A DNA stretch of 64,000 nt, from assembly GCA_036337715.1 (NCBI GenBank), contig JAYZDS010000007.1:90467-154466 (forward strand), read 5' to 3'. Positions 1 through 8,316 of this stretch are shown one piece after another (position 1 is the first letter of the stretch; each line of letters begins with the position of its first letter). The translations under genes and the position numbers were made by a program. The notes below the pieces were generated by a model, which saw nothing but the letters and a program-made list of their open reading frames with translations, did no database searches and was not told the origin of the DNA. This DNA is from Pseudomonadota bacterium. Its GTDB lineage: Bacteria; Pseudomonadota; Gammaproteobacteria; Comchoanobacterales; Comchoanobacteraceae.

Positions 1-158
1 TTGATCAAGCAGCTAAAGATAAGGGTGGTTGCCACGCTTAAAGCTAATACTGAAGATGATCATATAGATCATTAATTATCTTTTGTCCTCTATTGCGAAT
101 GTTAAATTTACTTCGCAAAAGGTAGGATAAGCTTAATTTATTTGAAAATCATATATTA

Positions 159-779
159 TTAATCATTGGCATAAGTAGCTTTGAATGTCTTTAATGGCAT
201 TGGGAATTCCTGCATATTATAGAGTTTATGATTAAAGCAATCTTTAGATGAAATAATAAAAGGTTTTGCCGAATTAATATGTTCTTGTTCAGTTATTGAA
301 TGTCTTACATAGTAAGTTAACTTATTGACCAATCTTGAGTAATATCTTTTTAAATTATTTTTTGGGTAGTCAATGAATAGTCCTAAGTATTGAGCAATTT
401 CGTTTAGGTCTTGACGTGTTTGGTATCTTTCAAATGCACCTAATGTACTTATTGTCCAATCGATAATATCACTGGGATTTTCTTTATTAAACATGGAAAA
501 TACGGAAAATGGTTTTTTAGAACAAAACTGTTTTATAAATAATTGAAAATAATTTTCTAAATCTTCAACTGGCAAGTTTTCATTCGCTAACAAATGTTCT
601 AAAACCCTTTTATAAACTGGGCAAGTATCTTTTTCCCAGCCAAATGAAGTTGGTATCCATTTATCATGTTTTTTTTGATAGTAATCAATAATTTTATTAA
701 ATTCGCTTTCATATGAAGGTTTTTTGGGTATATTGACGATGTTTAACGCGTTGTCGTGTTTATTGTGTTGATTGTTCAT
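159..779 (-). CDS. hypothetical protein (206 aa)
   Basis: Long uninterrupted ORF in a stop-codon-rich, AT-rich background. No family motif recognised. Confidence 0.55.
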   Translation of the reverse strand: MNNQHNKHDNALNIVNIPKKPSYESEFNKIIDYYQKKHDKWIPTSFGWEKDTCPVYKRVLEHLLANENLPVEDLENYFQLFIKQFCSKKPFSVFSMFNKENPSDIIDWTISTLGAFERYQTRQDLNEIAQYLGLFIDYPKNNLKRYYSRLVNKLTYYVRHSITEQEHINSAKPFIISSKDCFNHKLYNMQEFPMPLKTFKATYAND

Positions 780-1141
780 AATGTCACCTATTTGTTATTT
801 TATATTTGTGTGAAGATCTAATTAGCCAAAATGAGATCTAAAAATGATAAATTTGTTTATATTCAATCGTAGACATTTTAAAATGTCAGATAGTTCGATT
901 GATTAGTTAAGAATTTTTGGGATTTTGCACTATAAAAAGTCAGTGGTCTGTTTTTATATGGCTGGGTGAAATAAGTATCTCCCTATACTTTTATCATATC
1001 AAAAAAACATTAAAGCAATATTAATAATAAATTCTCTAATTTTTGATCATTAAAACATTCATCAAAAGAAGACTTTCTTATAGTATTAAAATAGGTTTAA
1101 TGCACACATTGAATGATTATTAAACAGAATTAGAAAAATGA

Positions 1142-1381
1142 TTATTGTTCTGATTCTGATTGAGCTTTAATTGCAGCATCATACTCTTCTTGAGTGAGAT
1201 CATATTTATCAAATGCCATTTGCCGTTTCCAATCAGGTAAGTCCTCTAGCTTTTTTAATTTATCCGGGTGATCAGCTAGATAGTCAGCTTTTTTTTGATC
1301 TTCGGCTGTGAGATTTGCCAAGGTTGGGGTATGTACTGTTAATAAAAATGTCATTGAAATGAAGTATGTTATTTTGCTCAT
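1142..1381 (-). CDS. small secreted protein (about 79 aa from the internal ATG)
   Basis: MSKITYFISMTFLLTVHTPTLA reads as a signal peptide, followed by a charged helical region. The ORF track start at 1408 is probably too far upstream. Confidence 0.5.
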   Translation of the reverse strand: MSKITYFISMTFLLTVHTPTLANLTAEDQKKADYLADHPDKLKKLEDLPDWKRQMAFDKYDLTQEEYDAAIKAQSESEQ

Positions 1382-1509
1382 ACAATTATTATAGTACGTT
1401 TTAAGCAATGTTTTATTGATGATTTAAACTTATTAATCAAGTTAACACGAAATGAAATCTGGGAAGATAAGTACTAGGGCCTAAATTTAAGTATTAAAGA
1501 ATTATTTTT

Positions 1510-3891
1510 TTAACTTTGAGGTGCTTTTTGTAATGAGCATAGTTGATCACTACGGACTCTTTTTTTTGTTGATAATTTTAATTGCCTTGAAGAACCATTG
1601 GTTTGTTGACTAAAAATGGAGCACGGTTTGGGTGTATGATTGCTTTGATCGACGGTTTTTCTTTTTTTAATCACTGAGTTTTGATCGATCTCTAATGCCC
1701 TTTTATTAGAAAAAAGCGATGCATTTTCAATTTTTTCTTGAAAAATATTTCCAGGCATATACGAAAAAATCATTTTTTTTATGGGAGAAGGCATATCTGA
1801 TCTAATAAAGCTCGATGTTTTAATAAATTCAGAAGCAATTTTAGAAATAAGAGGGCTTAAATGATCATTACGTTTTGTTGTTTGAATTAACATTTCTATT
1901 GCTTTAAACATAATGGCATCTTCTTTAACTACCTGTCCAATTTCATTTTCTTTTATAAGTTTTAATTGTATTTTTTTTGCAATGGCTTGATAAGCATTGG
2001 GCTTTGTATCTATACTCATGTCATTAATCACATGATTTTCATATTTGTCAATTGCGATTTTAGAAAGATTGCTCTTCGAACAATCTTTGAACACGTCTTT
2101 TAATGCTTTTAAGCTACTAGCCAAAGTCTGTTCATCCTTTGGCTCGTATAAATTAAGCATATTTTCAATGACTGTGCCATTTTCGAATATAGTTGTGTTC
2201 CCATGTGTGAATTTTGCATTTGTGATGATATTGATGAAAGTGTCATCAATGTGAATGGCATGGGCTTTTAACTTTTTAATAAAGCTAATTATTTTTGGCT
2301 CATCTACTAAATTTGTAACTACTAATTGTGCAAATAATTGTGTAATTTTTTGATGTTGTTCGTTGATATTAACATAACTTCGAATATAGCTGATTGCGTG
2401 ATCTAAGATGATATCACAAAAAATGCCGTCAAATGAATTAACTAACAGAGCCATATTGTTAAGAAAATTATCTATATTTGATGGTTTATAGTGTTTCAAT
2501 AAGGTTTTAATGATAACTTCTTGATATAAATTATTTGAACGAGGGTATTTATTTTTTAAATCAAGTAATATAAGAATAAAATTATCATTGATTGGAATGT
2601 TATATTTTATGATGCTATTTAAAAATAAAAGTATTTTTTCATGTCCTTTGTGATACCGTATTGTATAGAGTTTCTCTAACCTTGAATATATCTCAATATC
2701 TAAATTTGAACCTTTATAAGTGTTTAATGAAGATTCAATGGTTAAATCAAAAATAGCATTCGTGGCAGGGGCACTCAATTCACTTAGATAAATCGAACTT
2801 TGATCAGGTTTAAGTGCGAAAAAGTCAACATTTTCTTTATGAAATAAGCTTACCAATTTCTTTATTAATTCAGGATCATGAATCTTTTTATCGATATTAT
2901 ACATGATTAGATAAAAAGGTGTTCGTCCACCCTCTGCGTCTTGAGCAAACACATTTGCATTTGCTTTAATCAGTAATTCGATTAATTCAAAGAGGTCTTC
3001 CCCTCGATGTTTATTGAGATAAAATAAATCAGCCACCAAATGTAAAGGGGTTTGTAAACTTATGTTTGAAGCATTAATATTTGCGCCACGTGCTAATAAG
3101 TGTCTAATAATAGGTATACTATAGGCTGCATCATATTCTTTTATGACAACATGTAATGGTTGATCACCGTTTGTATTTTCTTCATTGACATCGGCACCTG
3201 CTTCAATCAATAAGTCAATGTTATCCAATAATCGGTTAAGAACATTTTCGTCTTGTAAATTTAATCTGTTTAGATAATACATCACTAAATTTAACGTGTG
3301 ATGGTTTGATTCTAGGATGGGTACTGAAAAATTACCGCCATAACTAATTAATTTGTTAACAATTGTTGTTGGGGCATTACTTACAATTAACATAAAGGTA
3401 TGAAAATTTATTTCATTATTCCAAAAAGCTAATTTTTCCTCAGGATTTAAATCAGATGCATTGATTGAATTTTTAATTTGTTCAAGCATTGTGCCCATGA
3501 TGCTAAAAACTGCTTCATCATCATAATGGTTAGCTTTAACGGCACTTTCTAAAGCATATTCGCTAAGTGCATTGGCTATACTTAAATTTACTCCATTTAG
3601 TAAAAAATGATGGATCCAATTTTTGTTTAATTTATTTTGCAGGGCATAATGGAGCGCTGTATTTCCGTTGGTATCAACTTGGTTAATATTGCCACCAAAT
3701 GCTATTAGTTTATAAAAATAGTATTCAAAATTTTCGTTATATTCTGGATAAATGCTTACAAGTTTTATAAGCTCATGAAATGGATGTGATGCGAATTGAG
3801 CGGCATCAAAATCATTTTTAAAATGTTTTTTAAAATTCCGTGCGGTTTCATTTTTAAAGATAATAAATTGTTGAATATTTTTTTTAAGCAT
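1510..3891 (-). CDS. ankyrin-repeat protein (793 aa), eukaryotic-like candidate effector
   Basis: Several ANK-like units in the N-terminal 340 aa: TNGNTALHYALQNK..FLLNGVNL, TNGDQPLHVVIKE..IIRHLLARGANINA, SLQTPLHLVADL and LIELLIKANANVFAQDAEGGRTPFYL. The C-terminal 450 aa has no recognisable domain and ends in a K/S-rich tail. Confidence 0.8.
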   Translation of the reverse strand: MLKKNIQQFIIFKNETARNFKKHFKNDFDAAQFASHPFHELIKLVSIYPEYNENFEYYFYKLIAFGGNINQVDTNGNTALHYALQNKLNKNWIHHFLLNGVNLSIANALSEYALESAVKANHYDDEAVFSIMGTMLEQIKNSINASDLNPEEKLAFWNNEINFHTFMLIVSNAPTTIVNKLISYGGNFSVPILESNHHTLNLVMYYLNRLNLQDENVLNRLLDNIDLLIEAGADVNEENTNGDQPLHVVIKEYDAAYSIPIIRHLLARGANINASNISLQTPLHLVADLFYLNKHRGEDLFELIELLIKANANVFAQDAEGGRTPFYLIMYNIDKKIHDPELIKKLVSLFHKENVDFFALKPDQSSIYLSELSAPATNAIFDLTIESSLNTYKGSNLDIEIYSRLEKLYTIRYHKGHEKILLFLNSIIKYNIPINDNFILILLDLKNKYPRSNNLYQEVIIKTLLKHYKPSNIDNFLNNMALLVNSFDGIFCDIILDHAISYIRSYVNINEQHQKITQLFAQLVVTNLVDEPKIISFIKKLKAHAIHIDDTFINIITNAKFTHGNTTIFENGTVIENMLNLYEPKDEQTLASSLKALKDVFKDCSKSNLSKIAIDKYENHVINDMSIDTKPNAYQAIAKKIQLKLIKENEIGQVVKEDAIMFKAIEMLIQTTKRNDHLSPLISKIASEFIKTSSFIRSDMPSPIKKMIFSYMPGNIFQEKIENASLFSNKRALEIDQNSVIKKRKTVDQSNHTPKPCSIFSQQTNGSSRQLKLSTKKRVRSDQLCSLQKAPQS

Positions 3892-4050
3892 TTTAGTTAT
3901 TGTTATTTGTTATTGTATTACTTTTAATATTATCTAAAAAACATTATCATATTATTAAGACTATGAATAATTTATATTTTTTATTTATTTTTAGATTGGC
4001 ATTGGTTTTTAAAGCTATGTTTTTGATTACAAGTCGTGTGAGTCTGTAGT

Positions 4051-5616
4051 GTGATGGTAAGCGAACATTATGAATCGGTGGTTATCGTATGGTTTAAGCG
4101 TGATTTAAGAATATCTGACCATGCACCTCTCTTGGCTGCTGTGAATTCAGGCTTGCCAATATTGCCGCTATTTGTTGTCGAAAAAGATTTTTGGCAAACC
4201 CACTCAGCCTCCAGAAGACATTGGTGTTTTTTACACGATTGTTTGGTCTCGTTAAATGACATGTTACAGCCGTTTGGTCAAAATTTAATTATTAGCATTA
4301 ATCATGACACCGTTGGTGCATTGGACCGTTTACTCAACGAAGTGAAAATACACTGTATTTATGCTCATGAAGAAACAGGTAATGACTGGACATACCAGCG
4401 TGATATTAAAGTGCGCCAATGGTGCCAAAAAAATCAAATTGAACTTTGCGAACTACCAAATAATGGGATTGTTAGGCGACTAAAAAGTCGTGATCATTGG
4501 TCAAATTTAAGAAATCAACGTATGGCCCAACCATTGATAGAGATCCCAAAAATAATGAAAGCTTTGAAAAAGCCAATTCGCTTAGATGCTTTGCCAACCA
4601 AAACAGATCCTATCTTTGGACCGCCATTATTGGGGGTTGTACAGAAAGGAGGCCGTTGGCAAGCAGAGCATACACTTGAACGATTTTTACAAATAAATGC
4701 TAAACAATATTTATACCACCTATCGGCACCAGGAGATTCTGAACGCTATTGTTCTAGGTTATCTACTTTTTTAACTTACGGTGTTTTTTCGGTTAGAGAA
4801 GTTCTATATTCCTTGAATAAACGTTTAAGTCAAATGAGTTCGATGGAAAGAAAAGGTTGGGCTAGAGCTTTTTCTGCATTTAGATCAAGACTATCGTGGC
4901 GAGATCATTTCATTCAAAAATTAGAAGATCAACCAGCCATTGAATATGCATGTATGCATAGTGATTGTGAAAACATGCGAGAAAGACCAGGTAATAAAGC
5001 ATTTTTACACGCTTGGGAGACAGGACAAACAGGTTACCCTTTGATAGACGCCTGTATGCGTAATTTAGTACATAACGGTTGGATAACCTTTCGAATGCGA
5101 GCGATGTTAGTTAGTTTTGCCAGTTATCACTTATGGTTAGATTGGCGTGATACGGGACACCATTTAGCAAGGACTTTTACAGATTATGAGCCAGGAATAC
5201 ATTATAGCCAATTACAAATGCAATCAGGCGTGACAGGTATTAATGCATTACGTATCTATAATCCTATCAAACAATCTGAAGAGCATGATCCAAAAGGTGA
5301 CTTTATTAAAAAATGGGTGCCAGAATTGAAAAATATTCCTGTTGAATTCATTCATGCGCCTTGGACAATGCCACCAATGCTTCAAAAAGCTAGTAATTTT
5401 CAACTTGGAAAAGATTATCCCAAGCCGATTGTTGATCATGCCTTAGCCATCAGGTCTGCGCGTGAAAAGATATCTCAAATTAGAAAACAAAGTGATTTTA
5501 AAGAAAAAGCTGGTAAAGTCTATCAGAAGTTAGGCAGTCGTAAAAAAAATCAAACTAATTCAAAAAAAATAAAAAACAAACCAAATGGTAACCAATTATC
5601 ATTTGATTTTGATTAA
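4051..5616 (+). CDS. cryptochrome/photolyase family flavoprotein (class not resolved)
   Basis: The N-terminal motif [18 protein letters not shown] is photolyase-like. The FAD-domain motifs [31 protein letters not shown] and [15 protein letters not shown] are also present. GTG at 4051 is followed by ATG at 4054. The tail is Lys-rich. Confidence 0.8.
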   Translation: MMVSEHYESVVIVWFKRDLRISDHAPLLAAVNSGLPILPLFVVEKDFWQTHSASRRHWCFLHDCLVSLNDMLQPFGQNLIISINHDTVGALDRLLNEVKIHCIYAHEETGNDWTYQRDIKVRQWCQKNQIELCELPNNGIVRRLKSRDHWSNLRNQRMAQPLIEIPKIMKALKKPIRLDALPTKTDPIFGPPLLGVVQKGGRWQAEHTLERFLQINAKQYLYHLSAPGDSERYCSRLSTFLTYGVFSVREVLYSLNKRLSQMSSMERKGWARAFSAFRSRLSWRDHFIQKLEDQPAIEYACMHSDCENMRERPGNKAFLHAWETGQTGYPLIDACMRNLVHNGWITFRMRAMLVSFASYHLWLDWRDTGHHLARTFTDYEPGIHYSQLQMQSGVTGINALRIYNPIKQSEEHDPKGDFIKKWVPELKNIPVEFIHAPWTMPPMLQKASNFQLGKDYPKPIVDHALAIRSAREKISQIRKQSDFKEKAGKVYQKLGSRKKNQTNSKKIKNKPNGNQLSFDFD

Positions 5617-5652
5617 TTTTAAATAAATTATAATAATCAGATATTTATATAT

Positions 5653-5804
5653 GCTGTAATAACATTATGGAATAATAATAAATAGGAGAAGAGACAATGA
5701 AAAATATAATAAGCACAGGTGTTTTAGCCATTGTTTTAACCAGTTCAAGTATGGCAGGCATGAGTATCAACTCATTTGAAACCAATATGTCGAATTATAC
5801 TAAA
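5653..5804 (+). repeat. direct repeat copy 1 (promoter, RBS and leader-coding part of the small peptide gene)
   Basis: Near-identical to 6085-6238: taataacattatggaataataataaat.ggagaa...atgaaaaat.taataagcacaggtgttttagccattgttttaaccagttcaagtatggcagg.atgagtatcaactca. Confidence 0.85.
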
Positions 5805-5918
5805 ACTGCTTTCACAAAGGCTTCAACCATTGAGTCTGAATTAATTGCGACGAATCTTTACAAAAAAATGGGTATACCTGGCGCAGGTAGTCAAAAGTCT
5901 AAAGGAGAGGGGGGTTAA
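5697..5918 (+). CDS. small secreted peptide, family member 1 (73 aa)
   Basis: The GGAGAA RBS lies 8-9 nt upstream. The signal-like N-terminus is MKNIISTGVLAIVLTSSSMAG. The leader is shared with 6131-6340, and a terminator follows. Confidence 0.7.
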   Translation: MKNIISTGVLAIVLTSSSMAGMSINSFETNMSNYTKTAFTKASTIESELIATNLYKKMGIPGAGSQKSKGEGG

Positions 5919-5935
5919 ACCCTATCATTAAAAAG

Positions 5936-5970
5936 ACTACATTCCCTTTAATAGAGAATGTAGTTTTTTT
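5936..5970 (+). terminator. rho-independent terminator after peptide gene 1
   Basis: The stem actacattc / gaatgtagt has an 11-nt loop and is followed by a T7 run. Confidence 0.7.
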
Positions 5971-6084
5971 ATGTCAGGCTACACGCAATGACTACAATAA
6001 AGAAAAGGAATATAAACTATAAGATTGAAAAAATATTAAGATGTAAAGGTTTAAGAAAAATATTAATAATCAATTGCTTGTAAC

Positions 6085-6238
6085 GTGCTATAATAACATT
6101 ATGGAATAATAATAAATCGGAGAAAAAACGATGAAAAATTTAATAAGCACAGGTGTTTTAGCCATTGTTTTAACCAGTTCAAGTATGGCAGGTATGAGTA
6201 TCAACTCAATTGAAACTAATATGTCGAATTATACAAAA
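6085..6238 (+). repeat. direct repeat copy 2
   Basis: See 5653-5804. Confidence 0.85.
6086..6094 (+). promoter_or_regulatory. extended -10 element TGCTATAAT for peptide gene 2
   Basis: A perfect TGnTATAAT lies 37 nt upstream of the ATG at 6131. Copy 1 has TGCTGTAAT at the equivalent position. Confidence 0.45.
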
Positions 6239-6340
6239 GAAATGACAAAAACCCCCTATACAGACCATGTGTTATTAGCCAGAAGCTGTGGCTGTGGTTC
6301 ACATGATGAAGGTAAAGTTCACATTTTTAGTGAAGAATAA
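6131..6340 (+). CDS. small secreted peptide, family member 2 (69 aa)
   Basis: 34 of the first 36 residues are identical to member 1. The C-terminus is unrelated and Cys-containing (ARSCGCGSHDEGK). Confidence 0.7.
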   Translation: MKNLISTGVLAIVLTSSSMAGMSINSIETNMSNYTKEMTKTPYTDHVLLARSCGCGSHDEGKVHIFSEE

Positions 6341-6370
6341 TAATCAATCAATATATTGAGAGGTAACTCA

Positions 6371-6579
6371 ATGAATAATGTTATAAAAATAGGGTCATAG
6401 CTATTGCCTTGTCTAGTTCAAGCATGGCCACAATGAGCCTTGATTCTTTTGAAACTAAACTACTGATACAAGAAAAGCCAGAACAAATGGCATATAGTCT
6501 TTTCTCAGGGAAAATAGGATCAAAGCCAGTCGGTGATGATTGTGACGCAAGGTCGAATGCCTCGGATTGTGGCATGTGA
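6371..6579 (+). pseudogene. small secreted peptide family member 3, frameshifted near codon 9
   Basis: The RBS gagagg precedes ATG 6371. MNNVIKIGS then meets a stop. The +1 frame continues VIAIALSSSSMATMSLDSFETKLL..., homologous to members 1 and 2. The break falls in a GGG run. Confidence 0.55.
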
Positions 6580-6662
6580 AACCCTTACTGATTATCAACT
6601 TGGTTACCCTAAGCTGTACATTTTAAAAAGTTAGGCGCCTTGCACCAAAATCCTATACATTC

Positions 6663-6668
6663 TATAAT
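6663..6668 (+). promoter_or_regulatory. candidate -10 (TATAAT) for ssrA
   Basis: A perfect TATAAT ends 10 nt before the mature 5' GGGGGCG. Confidence 0.4.
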
Positions 6669-6678
6669 AAAATATTCT

Positions 6679-7049
6679 GGGGGCGTTTGGTTTCGACGTT
6701 GATGACAAAGCTCTAGGTGCATGTCGAGCTGGCAATGTAGCTCGTTAAACCCGTTGTACAACTTATAGTTGCAAATAAAAAAGCATCGAATGATGCCTTT
6801 ATTAACGAAGCCGCAATAGCTGCCTAGTTAACCACAATAAGTACTGTGCTTGTGCTTGCTTGGCGTGGTCATTTTACACAAGCTCGTTTGTCTTACTGTT
6901 TCGGTAAGATAAATTAAACTTTTAGAAACTCGATATTTAGTGATTTGCACGTTAATTACTGAACATTTAAATAAAAAAACGCTGCTAAGCATGTAGTACC
7001 AAAAGTGGCGCACTGGCGGACGCGGGTTCGAATCCCGCCGCCTCCACCA
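6679..7049 (+). ncRNA. ssrA: tmRNA (transfer-messenger RNA)
   Basis: The 5' end GGGGGCGUUUGGUUUCGAC and the 3' end GGCGGACGCGGGUUCGAAUCCCGCCGCCUCCACCA form the tRNA-like domain. The resume context UAUAGUU|GCA opens a tag ORF at 6771-6824, ANKKASNDAFINEAAIAA, with a UAG stop. Confidence 0.95.
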
Positions 7050-7085
7050 CTAAATATTTAATCAAAGTTTTTTTATATGATAAGG

Positions 7086-7232
7086 TTATATGGCTGTATG
7101 ATCGACATTAGATATATGAATACTAGTCTGAGCATGATTATATTTATCTGTAAAGTTACTTTCAATATTTTCATGGTGAGCGAAAGCTGATGATATACAC
7201 ACCAATAATGCAGTTTTTATTAATTTAATCAT
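7086..7232 (-). CDS. small secreted peptide (48 aa), below the ORF-track cutoff
   Basis: The RBS gaggtaac precedes the ATG. The translation is MIKLIKTALLVCISSAFA|HHENIESNFTDKYNHAQTSIHISNVDHTAI, a signal peptide followed by a His-rich mature part. Confidence 0.4.
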   Translation of the reverse strand: MIKLIKTALLVCISSAFAHHENIESNFTDKYNHAQTSIHISNVDHTAI

Positions 7233-7440
7233 GAGTTACCTCTTAGTTATTATATTTCAATTATAGCAAGAAATATTGTTCTTAGTTTAAATAAGTTTTT
7301 ATTAAATCAATAAAATTGGTTCAATAACCTAAAGTATCATTGAGAAATTAATCTGACAGAGAAGAATCCTCTGGTGGTCTAAAAGTTTATTAATATAGAA
7401 TAGAGCACTATAAGTCTTGTTTAACAATATAAGATAGATG

Positions 7441-8316
7441 CTATTTAATTTGTTGCTGTGATTGATTTATAGCTTGATTAAATAGATATCTTTGTGATGG
7501 GTGTATTAGTTTTAGTCCAGTTGTATCACAATACTCATTGTACTGTTGAAGTATCTGTATGACATTATTAACACCTAAGTAATCACAAATGGCAAGGAGT
7601 TTTTGTGTGCGTGCTTCTGAGTTTGTTACCCTAGCAAGAAGGTGAAGTATTGGCCAAGTTTGTTTAAAGTTTGTTTCTCTATCTTCTATAGACATTGAAT
7701 GGTAAAACAAACAATGAGGCAGGATTCTTATCTTTTTCTTATAAGCATCAGTCGATAAGTTTGTCCTTCTGAAGTCTTTAAGAAAATTATTTAAGAAAAC
7801 GTTCGGGCATATGCCATTGATTTTGAGTTGATCTGAGAACTCATCTATAGTCGGGTTAATTGAGCTACTTATCTCTGTACTTTCTTCTGAAGTTGTTTCA
7901 GCGAATACGGAAGTGTCTGTTAAAGAAGAAGTTTGTGAAAATGAATCTGGTGAAATTCTTTTTTCTGGTATTAGAAATACATCTTCAATGACTGAAGCAC
8001 ATGCAATGAATTTTTTTTCTAGTGAATAGGTGATCAATTTATGTACTAAACTACGTTTAACGTTTTTAAGTTGACTTGGCTTCATCGAATTGAACCAAGA
8101 TCTAAGTTGTTTTGCATAGAATTCATCATTCAACTCGGATAGATTATTGCGATATAATCTTTTCAAAATAAATAGCATTGGATGAGGGTGTGTGTCTTTA
8201 TTATGAACAAAAAGATGGTGTAGTGTTTGGTTGCTTAAGCGAAAGGATTGGTTTGATTTTATCAAAGAAACTACGTTGGCACACGCCTGATATATTGGAA
8301 TATTATTTTTTAACAT
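7441..8316 (-). CDS. hypothetical protein (about 291 aa) with a central S/T/E-rich linker
   Basis: Long ORF. The preferred start ATG 8316 overlaps the upstream stop as ATGTTAA, suggesting translational coupling. Confidence 0.6.
   Translation of the reverse strand: MLKNNIPIYQACANVVSLIKSNQSFRLSNQTLHHLFVHNKDTHPHPMLFILKRLYRNNLSELNDEFYAKQLRSWFNSMKPSQLKNVKRSLVHKLITYSLEKKFIACASVIEDVFLIPEKRISPDSFSQTSSLTDTSVFAETTSEESTEISSSINPTIDEFSDQLKINGICPNVFLNNFLKDFRRTNLSTDAYKKKIRILPHCLFYHSMSIEDRETNFKQTWPILHLLARVTNSEARTQKLLAICDYLGVNNVIQILQQYNEYCDTTGLKLIHPSQRYLFNQAINQSQQQIK

Noticed and set aside
1-75. Open frame running into the window start (…LIKQLKIRVVATLKANTEDDHIDH, then stop)
   Set aside because: Only 24 codons are visible. 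It may be the 3' end of a gene upstream of the window, but nothing identifies it.
6032-6067. PmrA-box-like sequences (AATATTAAG and AATATTAAT, reverse complements CTTAATATT and ATTAATATT) upstream of small-peptide gene 2
   Set aside because: As I recall it, the Legionella/Coxiella PmrA site is a direct tandem repeat with about 11-bp periodicity on the gene strand. Here the two copies are 27 nt apart and inverted relative to the gene. Such AT-rich 9-mers are likely chance matches in this DNA. I saw no equivalent tandem sites upstream of 27370, 29816 or 30787.
6381-7013. Minus-strand ORFs 6381-6575 and 6828-7013
   Set aside because: The first is antisense to the frameshifted third peptide gene. 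The second lies inside the tmRNA gene. Neither has an RBS or signal features.
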